From NCBI GenBank assembly GCA_963769435.1, contig CAVYLN010000001.1, positions 84,522 through 148,521 of the forward strand: 64,000 nucleotides of DNA, given 5' to 3'. The translations under genes were made by a program, and so were the position numbers. How positions within the stretch are numbered: position 1 is the first letter of the stretch; each line of letters starts with the position of its first letter. The notes under the pieces are model-generated. The model saw nothing but the letters and a program-made list of their open reading frames with translations. It searched no databases and was not told the origin of the DNA. Of the stretch, positions 40,439 through 50,294 are shown in pieces. The stretch comes from an uncultured Actinomycetota bacterium (GTDB lineage: Bacteria; Actinomycetota; Actinomycetes; S36-B12; UBA10799).

Positions 40439-43400
40439 GTGCCAGCCGAGTCCGCCCCGCCCCCGGGCCCGTCCATGGGCTGGGCCACTCGTACCTGGTT
40501 CGGCGAGGCGTTCCCCGCACCCACCGAGGTCCAGACGTCGGCGTGGGAGGCCATCGGCACGGGCGTCGACACCCTGGTCGTCTCCCCCACCGGCTCGGGA
40601 AAGACGCTGGCCGCGTTCCTGTGGGCTCTGGACGGGCTGTTCGCCGAGCCCGAGGGATCGGGCTGCAAGGTCTTGTACATCTCGCCCCTGCGCGCCTTGG
40701 CCACCGACGTGGAGCGGAACCTGCGGGCGCCCCTGGTCGGGATCGAGAGGGTGGCGGCGGCGTCCGGTCACCCCACACGTGCCGTACGGACCGCGATCCG
40801 TACGTCCGACACGCCACCGGCCGAGCGCGCAAGAATGGCCCGCAGACCACCGGACATCCTCATCACCACACCCGAGTCGCTGTTCCTGTTGCTGACGTCG
40901 CAGGCCGGGAGGTTCCTGTCGGATGTACGGACGGTCATCGTCGATGAGATCCACTCGGTGGCGGGCAGCAAACGCGGTTCGCACCTGAGTCTCTCCCTCG
41001 AGCGGCTGGACCTGTTGACCGGACGACCCGCACAACGTATCGGCTTGTCCGCGACGGTCACACCGGTCGCGGAGGTGGCCGAGTTCCTGCACTCCGGCCA
41101 TGAAGTGCAGATCGTGGCACCGCCGATCACCAAGGACATCGAACTGCGACTGCAGGTCCCCCTGCCCGACATGACCGCTCTCGAGGAACCGCTGCCTGGT
41201 CAAGCCCGACGTGCGTCCATCTGGCCTGCTGTCGAGTCCACGATCCTGGACCTGATCGAGGATCACACCTCCACCATCGTGTTCACGAACTCCCGACGTG
41301 TGTGCGAGAGACTGTCGAGCCGGCTGAACGAACTCGGCTCCGACGAGTCGGCCACCGACGAGCTCCCGGCCCAGGTCATGGCCACGGCCGGGGTGGCCCA
41401 CAACCCCTCCGCGACCGTCGCCCGCGCACACCACGGTTCGGTGAGCAAGTCGGAAAGGGCCGGCATCGAGGACGACCTCAAGTCGGGACGACTGCCCGCG
41501 GTGGTGGCGACGAGCAGTCTCGAACTCGGCATCGACATGGGCAGCATCGACCTGATGATCCAGGTCGGCTGTCCGCCGTCGGTCGCCTCCGGCCTGCAAA
41601 GACTCGGGCGGGCGGGACACCGCATGGATGTCGTCAGCAAAGGAGTCTTCTTCCCGACCCATCGCGGCGACCTCCTGGCCACCACCGTCGCGCTGGAACT
41701 GATGCGGGCCGCGACGATCGAGCCCACGAAGATCCCCCGCCATCCGCTGGATGTCCTGAGTCAGCAGATCGTTGCCATGGTGGCCATGTCCGACTGGCAC
41801 GTCGACGAACTCTTCGACGTCGTGCGCAGGGCCGCGGGCTACCGCGATCTGCCCCGCCCCGCCTACGAGGCCGTACTCGACATGCTCTCCGGCAGGTATC
41901 CCTCGGACGACTTCGCCCAGTTGAGACCTCGAATCACGTGGGACCGCACGACCGACATGCTCACCGGCCGGAGCGGAGCCCAGCGCATCGCCGTCATCTC
42001 GGGCGGGACCATCCCCGACCGCGGCCTGTTCCCGGTGTTCATCGTCGGCACCAAGGACGGCCGGGTCGGAGAACTCGACGAGGAGATGGTCTACGAATCC
42101 CGCGTCGGCGATGTCATCTCGCTGGGCGCCTCCTCCTGGCGCGTGGAGGAGATCACCCACGACCGGGTGCTCGTGACCCCGGCGCCGGGACGACCCGGCA
42201 AGCTGCCGTTCTGGCACGCGGACGCCCAGGGACGCTCCTTCGAGATGGGGGCGGCGATCGGGTCCTTCCTGCGGGAGGTGGAGAGAGTCGGCCCGAAACG
42301 CGCCGCACAGTTGCACACCCTCGATGACCACGCTGCCGCCAATCTGGTCGCGTACCTCACCGAGCAACTGGAATCGACCGGGGTGTTGCCCACTGACCGG
42401 CGGATCGTGATCGAGCGCTTCCGCGACGAGATCGGCGACTGGAGGGTGGTCGTGCATGCACCGTGGGGCGCGAGGGTCAACGCCCCCTGGGCTCTACTGA
42501 TCTCGGCCGAACTCTCCGCGCGCCTCGGGATCGACGCGCAGGTCATGGCCACCGACGACGGCCTCGTCATGCGACTGCTGGACACCGAACAGGACGAGCA
42601 GTGGTGGGCCACGATCGAGGACGCCCTGCTGGCCGACCCCGACGATCTCACCCGACTGCTCAGCCAGGAGATCACCCGCAGCGCGGTGTTCGCGGCCAAG
42701 TTCCGGGAGTGTTCCAGCCGGGCCCTGCTGCTGACCCGCAATGCTCCGGGCAAGCGGACCCCGCTGTGGCAGCAGCGGCAGCGGTCTGCCCAGTTGTTGA
42801 CGGTGGCGGGGTCGTACCCGAGCTTCCCCATGGTGCTGGAAGCAGTCCGCGAGTGTCTCGACGACGTGTATGACGTTCCGGCCCTGCGCGGTGTTCTGCG
42901 CTCTCTGCGCGACGGGACCATCACGCTGGACGCGGTCGAGACGACCAGCGCCAGCCCGATGGCGCACACACAACTGTTCTCGTACATCTCGGTCTTCATG
43001 TACGAGGCGGACAATCCCCTAGGGCAGCAGGCCTCCGCGCTCGAACTCGATCATGCGCTGCTGGCCGACCTGCTCTCCGACGCCGACCTGCGATCGATCA
43101 TTCCGCAGGAAGCCATCGAGGGCGTCGAGGCCGACCTGCAGTGGCGGCATCCGGATCGGATCCGCAGCGCGGACGACCTCGCCGATCTGCTGAGAACGGT
43201 GGGCTTCCACACCTTCGACCAACTGCTCGATCTCGGGGTGGACGGCGAAACGGTCGAGGCCTTGGTCTCCGCCCGCCGCGCGTTTCGGGTGCGGGTCGGC
43301 GGCCAACCCGTGCTGGCCGCGGTGGAGGACATGTCGAGGCTGCGCGACGCGCTCGGCGTGGTGCTGCCCCCCGAGGTCCCGGACGCGTTCATCGAAGCGG

Positions 43401-44800
43401 TGGCCGATCCGGTGGGTGACCTGCTGAGCCGATACGCCCGCACACATGGCCCCTTCGCGACACGGGAGGTGGCCGACCACCTCGGCCTGGGCACCAGCGT
43501 GGTCGAGGCGCTGCTGCAACAGCGCAAGGCGGCCGGACGATTGCGCTGGGGCCGGTTCTCAGCGACTGGTCAGGACGGCGAATGGGTCGACCCAGACGTC
43601 CTGCAGAGGATCCGGCGCCGGGCGAGCGCGATGCTGCGCGGAGCCCAAGAACCTGTTCCCGCACAGAGATTGTGCGGCTTCCTCCCACGCTGGCAGGCTC
43701 TCACCGCCCCCTCCCGGGGACCCGGGGCTCTGCTCGCCGCCATCGAACGCCTCGCGGGGTACGTGGCTGCGGCCAGCGTCTGGGAGCAGGACCTGCTGCC
43801 GGCACGGGTCGTGGGCTACGCTCCGCACGAACTTGATCGTCTGACCGCCGCCGGGGATGTCACCTGGACCGGGGCCGGGCGGCTCGGATCGCGCGATGCC
43901 CTCATCACGATGGTGCCGGCGGGCGCCGAGGATCTGCTCATCACCCCGGATGACGCCGACCTCGATGAAGCCTCGGCGATGTTGTGGGACGTCATGTCAC
44001 CCGGCGGCGGTTGGTTCTTCCGCGACCTGTCAGCCCGCCTGGATCTGGGCGATGACGTGCTCGAATCGGCCCTATGGGATCTCTTGTGGCGGGCAATGAT
44101 CACCAACGACACCCTGGAACCGCTGCGCCACATGCGCACCCCCAGCAAGCGCCACAGTCGCTCCAGGACACCACGTGCACCCATGCCCGGTCGGTGGTCC
44201 GCGGTGCGACGTCCCCTGGCTGCCGACCGCGGCCTGCTCTGGGCGCAGACGCTGCTGGACAGGTACGGGTTGGTCGATCGCAGCGTGGTCGGCAACGAGA
44301 ACGTGCCGGGGGGCTTCCACGGACTGTTCCCGGTCCTGCGCCGGATGGACGATGCCGGCCGCTGCCAGCAGGTGTACGCCGTCGAAGGCCTGGGCGGGGC
44401 GCAGTTCGCCCTCCCGTCCGCCTTGGAACGACTACGTCAGGATCGCGATCCTGACGAGTTGGTCATGATGGCGGCCACGGACCCGGCCAATCCTCTAGGT
44501 GTGACGGTGGCCTGGCCGGACTCCCCGGGCAGACCGTTGCGCAAGGCCGGGAGCCTGGTGTGGTTGGCGGCCGAGGGACCGGCGTTCTACCTCGACGCGG
44601 CCGGGCGGACGCTGCTCGCCTGGGGTGAACCCACTGCAGGCCGGGTGGGCAGACTGTCCGAAGGGATCGTGGCAGCAGGGCGTCGTGCGATCATTCGCCG
44701 AATCAATGGCGAGGAGGTGTTCTCCTCGCCGTGGGCCTCTCCTTTGCAGGAGGCGGGATTCGTCCTTACCCCATCGGGTCTGCGCGCAGGTCGCCGTTGA
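40439..44800 (+). CDS. lhr: large ATP-dependent helicase Lhr
   Basis: 1453-aa ORF with motif I SPTGSGKTLAAFLW and motif II VIVDEIHS, plus the long Lhr-specific C-terminal extension. The start is GTG 40439 or ATG 40475. Confidence 0.88.
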   Translation: MPAESAPPPGPSMGWATRTWFGEAFPAPTEVQTSAWEAIGTGVDTLVVSPTGSGKTLAAFLWALDGLFAEPEGSGCKVLYISPLRALATDVERNLRAPLVGIERVAAASGHPTRAVRTAIRTSDTPPAERARMARRPPDILITTPESLFLLLTSQAGRFLSDVRTVIVDEIHSVAGSKRGSHLSLSLERLDLLTGRPAQRIGLSATVTPVAEVAEFLHSGHEVQIVAPPITKDIELRLQVPLPDMTALEEPLPGQARRASIWPAVESTILDLIEDHTSTIVFTNSRRVCERLSSRLNELGSDESATDELPAQVMATAGVAHNPSATVARAHHGSVSKSERAGIEDDLKSGRLPAVVATSSLELGIDMGSIDLMIQVGCPPSVASGLQRLGRAGHRMDVVSKGVFFPTHRGDLLATTVALELMRAATIEPTKIPRHPLDVLSQQIVAMVAMSDWHVDELFDVVRRAAGYRDLPRPAYEAVLDMLSGRYPSDDFAQLRPRITWDRTTDMLTGRSGAQRIAVISGGTIPDRGLFPVFIVGTKDGRVGELDEEMVYESRVGDVISLGASSWRVEEITHDRVLVTPAPGRPGKLPFWHADAQGRSFEMGAAIGSFLREVERVGPKRAAQLHTLDDHAAANLVAYLTEQLESTGVLPTDRRIVIERFRDEIGDWRVVVHAPWGARVNAPWALLISAELSARLGIDAQVMATDDGLVMRLLDTEQDEQWWATIEDALLADPDDLTRLLSQEITRSAVFAAKFRECSSRALLLTRNAPGKRTPLWQQRQRSAQLLTVAGSYPSFPMVLEAVRECLDDVYDVPALRGVLRSLRDGTITLDAVETTSASPMAHTQLFSYISVFMYEADNPLGQQASALELDHALLADLLSDADLRSIIPQEAIEGVEADLQWRHPDRIRSADDLADLLRTVGFHTFDQLLDLGVDGETVEALVSARRAFRVRVGGQPVLAAVEDMSRLRDALGVVLPPEVPDAFIEAVADPVGDLLSRYARTHGPFATREVADHLGLGTSVVEALLQQRKAAGRLRWGRFSATGQDGEWVDPDVLQRIRRRASAMLRGAQEPVPAQRLCGFLPRWQALTAPSRGPGALLAAIERLAGYVAAASVWEQDLLPARVVGYAPHELDRLTAAGDVTWTGAGRLGSRDALITMVPAGAEDLLITPDDADLDEASAMLWDVMSPGGGWFFRDLSARLDLGDDVLESALWDLLWRAMITNDTLEPLRHMRTPSKRHSRSRTPRAPMPGRWSAVRRPLAADRGLLWAQTLLDRYGLVDRSVVGNENVPGGFHGLFPVLRRMDDAGRCQQVYAVEGLGGAQFALPSALERLRQDRDPDELVMMAATDPANPLGVTVAWPDSPGRPLRKAGSLVWLAAEGPAFYLDAAGRTLLAWGEPTAGRVGRLSEGIVAAGRRAIIRRINGEEVFSSPWASPLQEAGFVLTPSGLRAGRR

Positions 44801-44811
44801 CCGTGCGGGCG

Positions 44812-45051
44812 TCAGTTCCCAGCCCGGGCCACACCGTCGCTCACCGACCGCATCACCTCTGACAGCGGTACCTCCAATGCCCCGCAGATGGCGGCGAGCA
44901 ACTCGCTGGAGGCTTCCTTCTGGCCGCGCTCGACCTCAGACAGATAACCGAGTGACACCCGCGCGGAGGTCGAAACATCGCGCAGCGTGCGGCCCTGATC
45001 CATCCGCCGACGACGCAACTCGTCGCCGACGACCTGCCGGAGAACGACCAT
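44812..45051 (-). CDS. clgR: XRE-family HTH regulator, ClgR-like
   Basis: ATG at 45051 preceded by AAGGAG at 5-nt spacing. HTH region [30 protein letters not shown]. Its position next to cinA-pgsA and ftsK matches M. tuberculosis clgR. Confidence 0.7.
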   Translation of the reverse strand: MVVLRQVVGDELRRRRMDQGRTLRDVSTSARVSLGYLSEVERGQKEASSELLAAICGALEVPLSEVMRSVSDGVARAGN

Positions 45052-45157
45052 CCCTGCTCCTTTTCTTGGCTCGACTGTACGCGAACCATGCGTCACCGGC
45101 ATCTTCTGTCCGATGCTGTTAACGACACATTTACTCCAACGAAACACCCGTCGAGGT

Positions 45158-45619
45158 CTATTCCAGAAGACGGTGGAAAAGACTCAGCGCCTGCTCACAG
45201 GTCTGCTGCCGAATGCTCTGACGGTCGCCGGTCAGCACCAGTCGCCGCTGCTCCCGGCGAGGCCCATCGACCGCTACGAACACGGTTCCGACCGGTTGGC
45301 CCTCTTGAGTGGCCGGGCCGGCGACGCCTGTGGTCGCGACGGCCCAAGAAGCCCCGAAGATCTCCCGCGCGCGGCGGGCCAACGCCTCTGCGGCCTGCCC
45401 GGACACCGCGCCATATTCCGAGAGCACTGCGTGGTCAACTCCGACGACGTCGTGCTTGACGTCCATCGTGTACGCCACGATGCCGCCCAGAACGACGGCT
45501 GAGGCACCTGGCACCTCGGTGAGTCCGGCACACAGCAGACCGCCGGTCAGCGACTCGACCGTGCAGACCGTCTCACCCCTGCGGGCGAGCTCAGCGATGA
45601 CCTCACTGCTCGCCGGCAC
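45158..45619 (-). CDS. cinA: CinA-family nicotinamide-nucleotide amidohydrolase domain protein
   Basis: [10 protein letters not shown] motif. 153 aa, corresponding to the CinA C-terminal (PncC) domain only. Confidence 0.8.
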   Translation of the reverse strand: MPASSEVIAELARRGETVCTVESLTGGLLCAGLTEVPGASAVVLGGIVAYTMDVKHDVVGVDHAVLSEYGAVSGQAAEALARRAREIFGASWAVATTGVAGPATQEGQPVGTVFVAVDGPRREQRRLVLTGDRQSIRQQTCEQALSLFHRLLE

Positions 45620-46250
45620 GCCGGGCCTTCTTCATGGCGGTGCGTTCGCTGTTGCTCCGCAGGTTGACGGCCCGCACCACATAGTCGATCCCGGTCAACA
45701 CCGTGAGGACCACGGCGACGAACATCACCGGGGCGCGCAGGTCGGCAACCAGACCGGACACCGGCACGATGTACAGCAAGATGGCCAGCATCTGACTCAC
45801 GGTCTTGGCCTTGCCCCCACGACTTGCGGGGATCACGCCGTGCCGGATCACGATGAAACGCACCAACGTGATGCTGATCTCCCGGCCGAGTATCACGATC
45901 GTCACCCACCAGGACAGTTCGCCCAGGAGGCTGAGGCCCAGAAGCGCCACCCCGGTGAGTGCCTTGTCGGCGATCGGATCGGCGACCTTTCCGAAGGTGG
46001 TCACCAGATTGCGGGCCCGGGCCACCGCACCGTCGACGAGATCCGTGAAACTCGCGACCACGAAGACCAGTGCGGCCCACCAACGAGCCGTGTCGGACTG
46101 ACCGGAATCGACCATGAGCAGGTATCCGAAGACAGGGACCAACAGCAGACGCAGCATGGTCAACGCGTTCGGCAGATTCCACAGGCGGGACGGACTGGGC
46201 GGATCGGCCATGGGGTCGGGCCTGCCCCAGGTGCGCTTCGACTCGCTCAC
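45603..46250 (-). CDS. pgsA: CDP-diacylglycerol--glycerol-3-phosphate 3-phosphatidyltransferase
   Basis: CDP-alcohol phosphatidyltransferase motif [27 protein letters not shown], with multiple TM helices. Confidence 0.85.
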   Translation of the reverse strand: MSESKRTWGRPDPMADPPSPSRLWNLPNALTMLRLLLVPVFGYLLMVDSGQSDTARWWAALVFVVASFTDLVDGAVARARNLVTTFGKVADPIADKALTGVALLGLSLLGELSWWVTIVILGREISITLVRFIVIRHGVIPASRGGKAKTVSQMLAILLYIVPVSGLVADLRAPVMFVAVVLTVLTGIDYVVRAVNLRSNSERTAMKKARRAGEQ

Positions 46251-47578
46251 GCAAGAACCTCCGCGGTCAGATCAGCCCCGTCGGATGCGATCACACGCGC
46301 GTCGACAACCGGAGCCGCCACCACACCCACCAGAACAGTCGAGCCGTCCTCAGGACCCTGGAACTGCGTCTTGCCGGCATCCGCCACCACACGCACGGTC
46401 TCCCCCACCCGCATCGCAGCACGCTGCGACATGACCTCCTCGGCCACCGAGGCCAGCAGATCGACCCGCAGCGCGATCTCGTCCTCGTCCAGATGGTCCT
46501 CGAACCGCACAGCCTCGGTCCCTTCCTCATCGGAGTAGCCGAACACGCCGATCGCATCGAGTCGCGCGCGGTTGAGGAAATCGATCAAGGTGTCGACGTC
46601 GGCCGTCGTCTCCCCAGGGAATCCGACGATGAAGTTGGAACGTATCGCGGCGGCCGGGTTGACCTCACGGATCCGGTCGACGAGCGCCAAGAAGTCCTCG
46701 GACCCCCCGAAGCGCCGCATGCGCCGCAGAACAGGTGCGCTCGCGTGCTGGAACGACAGATCGAAATAGGGGGCGACACCAGGCGTGGACCCGATGATCG
46801 AGATCAGGTCCGATCGCATCTCAGCAGGCTGCAAGTAGGCGACCCGCACCCGCTCCAGCGACGCTGTGTCCGCCAGATCTACCAGCAGGCTCTCGAGCAG
46901 GCGCAGGTCGCCCAGGTCCTTTCCGTACGAAGTCGAGTTCTCGCTGACCAGATTGACCTCGACAACACCTTGTGCGGCGAGCCATGCCACCTCGTTCACC
47001 ACGTCCGTCGGACGCCGGGACACGAACGAGCCCCGGAAACTGGGTATCGCGCAGAAGGTGCACCGACGGTCGCAGCCCGATGCGAGTTTCACCGATGCGA
47101 TCGCACCGTCGGACAGCCGCCTGCGCATCCCCACATGACCTGGCAGCACGGCAAGGTTCGCAGACCTGTCCGCTGGCGCCGACGGTTGCAGCCTGCGACG
47201 GTCCTTCGGTGTGTGGGAATCGACATGCCCACCGGCCAGCAACTTTCGCAGCGTGCCCGGAAGTTCGGGGTACTCGTCGAATCCGAGCACGGCGTCCGCC
47301 TCCGGCAGCGACTGCGCCAGCTCGGAACCGTAGCGCTCAGCCATGCAACCGACCGCGACGACCTTGCCCGGCAATTCCCCGGCTGACAGGACCGTGTCGA
47401 TCGAATCGCGTTTCGCCGCATCGATGAAACCGCACGTGTTGACCAGCACCGTGTCGGCCTGCTCGGGATCGTCAACGAGGTCCCAGCCGTCCTCGGCGAG
47501 TCCAGCTGCCAGCTCCTCGGAGTCGACCTCATTGCGAGCACAGCCGAGCGTGATGATCGATACCGAGGGCCGGGTCAC
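46247..47578 (-). CDS. rimO: ribosomal protein S12 methylthiotransferase
   Basis: [12 protein letters not shown]-terminal cluster and radical-SAM [11 protein letters not shown]. Confidence 0.88.
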   Translation of the reverse strand: MTRPSVSIITLGCARNEVDSEELAAGLAEDGWDLVDDPEQADTVLVNTCGFIDAAKRDSIDTVLSAGELPGKVVAVGCMAERYGSELAQSLPEADAVLGFDEYPELPGTLRKLLAGGHVDSHTPKDRRRLQPSAPADRSANLAVLPGHVGMRRRLSDGAIASVKLASGCDRRCTFCAIPSFRGSFVSRRPTDVVNEVAWLAAQGVVEVNLVSENSTSYGKDLGDLRLLESLLVDLADTASLERVRVAYLQPAEMRSDLISIIGSTPGVAPYFDLSFQHASAPVLRRMRRFGGSEDFLALVDRIREVNPAAAIRSNFIVGFPGETTADVDTLIDFLNRARLDAIGVFGYSDEEGTEAVRFEDHLDEDEIALRVDLLASVAEEVMSQRAAMRVGETVRVVADAGKTQFQGPEDGSTVLVGVVAAPVVDARVIASDGADLTAEVLA

Positions 47579-47580
47579 TG

Positions 47581-50066
47581 TCAGGCGCCGTCCACCCCGC
47601 GCAGATCCGCAATCACCGCCGGCAGATCGTCAGCGGAAACCAGCACGTCGCGAGCCTTCGAACCCTCGCTGGGCCCCACGACGCCGCGCACCTCGAGCAG
47701 ATCCATCAGACGACCGGCCTTGGCGAACCCGACACGCAACTTCCTCTGCAGCATCGAGGTGGAGCCGAACTGCGTGCTCACGATCAACTCTGCGGCCTGG
47801 CAGACGAGTTCCAGGTCATCGCCTATGTCGTCGTCGATGATCGCCCGCGATCCGGCGGCCTGCTCGATGTCGTCGCGATAGGCCGGCGCCATCTGCGCCT
47901 TGCAGTGCGCCACGACGCTGCGGATCTCGTGCTCGGGGACGAACGCTCCCTGTAGCCGGATCGGCTTGCTCGCGCCCATGGGGAGAAACAACCCGTCGCC
48001 CTGGCCGATGAGTTTCTCGGCGCCCGGTTGGTCGAGGATCACCCTGCTGTCGGTCTGGCTCGACGTCGAGAAGGCCAGCCGGGAGGGAACGTTGGCCTTG
48101 ATCAGGCCCGTCACCACGTCGACGCTGGGCCGCTGCGTGGCGAGCACGAGATGGATCCCCGCCGCGCGGGCGAGTTGTGTGATGCGCACGATCGCGTCCT
48201 CCACGTCGCGCGGCGCCACCATCATCAGGTCGGCGAGTTCGTCGACGATGATCAGCAGGTACGGATAGGGCTGCAGCGTGCGGGACGTCCCGGGCGGCGG
48301 AACCACGGTTCCCGCGGCCACCGCCTTGTTGAAGTCATCGATGTGCCGGAAGCCGTAGGCCGCGAGGTCGTCGTAGCGGGTCTCCATCTCCTTGACGACC
48401 CACTGCAGGATGTCAGCGGCCTTCTTCGGGTCGGTGACGATCGGCGTGATCAGGTGCGGGATGCCTTCGTAGATGCTCAGTTCGACACGCTTCGGGTCGA
48501 TCAGCACCATCCGCACCTCGTCGGGGGTGGCGCGCGACAGTACCGAGGTGATCAACGTGTTGATGCACACCGACTTTCCGGCTCCCGTGGCGCCGGCCAC
48601 GAGAAGATGCGGCATCTTCGCCAGGTTGCCGCACACGTAGCCGCCCTCGACATCCTTACCCAGACCGATGAGCATCGGGTGCGAATCCGACTGTGCGACC
48701 CTGCTGCGCAGAACATCCGAGAGACTGACGTTCTCCCGGTCGGTGTTCGGGATCTCGATCCCGATGGCGGACTTGCCCGGGAATGGGCGACAGGATGCGC
48801 ACCTCGGGGCTCTTGACCGCATACGAGATGTTCTTGCTGAGCGCGGTGACGCGTTCGACCTTCACGGCAGGCCCGAGTTCGACCTCGTAACGGGTCACGG
48901 TCGGACCCCGGCTGAACCCGGTGACCCGGGCGTCGACCTCGAACTGGTCCAGAACGCCGGTCAGGGCGGCGACCACCTGATCGTTGGCGGCGGTCGCGGC
49001 CTTGTGAGGAGGGCCTGGCTTCAGCAGATCCAGCGGTGGCAGCCGATAGACGACATCCCCCGACAGGAGCAGTTGCTCGGCCATCCGCAGATCCAGCGCA
49101 TCCATGTCCGCCGGATCGACCTCCACGGTCAGGTCCTGCGCCAGCGGCATCGAGGTGAGGTCGATCTGCTGGGTCGTGTCATCCTCGTCGTCCTCGGAGG
49201 TGGCTTCTGCGGAATCCGTGCGCACCGGGCTGACGAACGCCTCGTCGCCGACCAGGTCCTCGGGGACGTCCCGCGGTTGCGACGGGCGTCCCAGCCGCTG
49301 CTTGATCCTGCGAGTCGCAGCCGCCGTGTCCACCGCCGCTGCGTGGCGACGCAGATCGGCCACGGTAGTTCCTGTGGCGATGAGGGCACCGGCCACGACG
49401 AGCAGGGCCAGGATCAGTCCAGTCAGCCAGGGGCCGAGCAATGACAGGAACGGCGTCGTCGCGATCCAGCCGGCCCAACCTCCGCCGGAACGCATCGCGG
49501 CCTGACCATCGATGGGCTGGGCGGCGCCACCGACGACGTGCGACGAAACCGGCCGCGGCCAGCAGCACCAACAATCCACCGAGCAACTGGTGCGCGGCGA
49601 AGCGACGCTGCGGGTGCCGCAACGTGCGCCAGGCCATCCAGGCCAGGAAGACCGGCACGAGCACGTCCAAGGAACCCACGGCTCCGCTGACCAGGAAACT
49701 GACGGCCGGCTCGAGTCCGCCGGTTCCGCCACCCCAGACCACGGCACCCACGAGCACGGCCAACAACGCGTAGACGAGCCCGAGACCGTCGTGGCGCAGG
49801 GCCGGATCCAGGTCTCTGGCGCCATGACCGATACGGCGTACCGCGCCGCCCAGGAAATGCGCGGTACCGAACCAGGCCGCGACCAAGGCCCGCAGCACGC
49901 TCCGGACGAACGCGGCGAACCCACCCTTTCCGGCGTTCTTCTTCGCAGCCGGCTTCTTGGCGCCCGAGGACCTCGAGGACGACTTCTTCGCGGGCGGTCT
50001 CGAGCGCGAGGAGCCGGTTTTGCCCGTGCCCCTGCCGGAGCCGCGGGTGGAGGTACGTGATGCCAT
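47581..50066 (-). pseudogene. ftsK: DNA translocase FtsK, read through two frame breaks (~49546 and ~48776-48781)
   Basis: Three consecutive same-strand ORFs carry the protein:
- N-terminal TM region: MASRTSTRG...[10 protein letters not shown]
- Linker plus alpha domain: ..[18 protein letters not shown]...[26 protein letters not shown]
- Motor and gamma domains: [10 protein letters not shown].., Walker [41 protein letters not shown]. Confidence 0.88.
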
Positions 50067-50294
50067 GCGCACCAGACTATCGGCCAATCCGGTGCAGCCC
50101 GGGTCCCCAACGGCCGCGACGGCGACCGTGTCGCGCGATCGGCGCTAGTGGCAGGACCCCCTCATGGGTGCGCTGATCGGCGATCGGGAGCCCGCATCCG
50201 GCAGCGTCCCCGGCCTTCCCGGACGCCAAAGGCGCGACGCCCGCTTCGCCGAACACCCCACAGGTATCCCCGGGGCGTGCACCGCTTCGGCGGC

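Noticed and set aside
40193-42457. 754-aa ORF on the minus strand opposite lhr
   Set aside because: It is entirely antisense to a well-supported helicase gene. The translation is Arg/Gly/Pro-rich with no motifs. This is a typical high-GC shadow ORF.
45079-45093. ACGCGAACCATGCGT as a ClgR autoregulatory operator upstream of clgR
   Set aside because: The CGC/GCG half-sites are 7 nt apart, whereas the ClgR consensus I recall has a 5-nt spacer. The match is too weak to call.
880-50087. Interpreting the frame breaks as genuine pseudogenisation or genome decay
   Set aside because: The affected genes include ftsK and the principal sigma factor. The flanking sequence shows no other decay: no in-frame stops, no IS elements and intact codon bias. 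Most breaks lie at mononucleotide runs. Technical indels are more parsimonious, though this remains unproven without reads.
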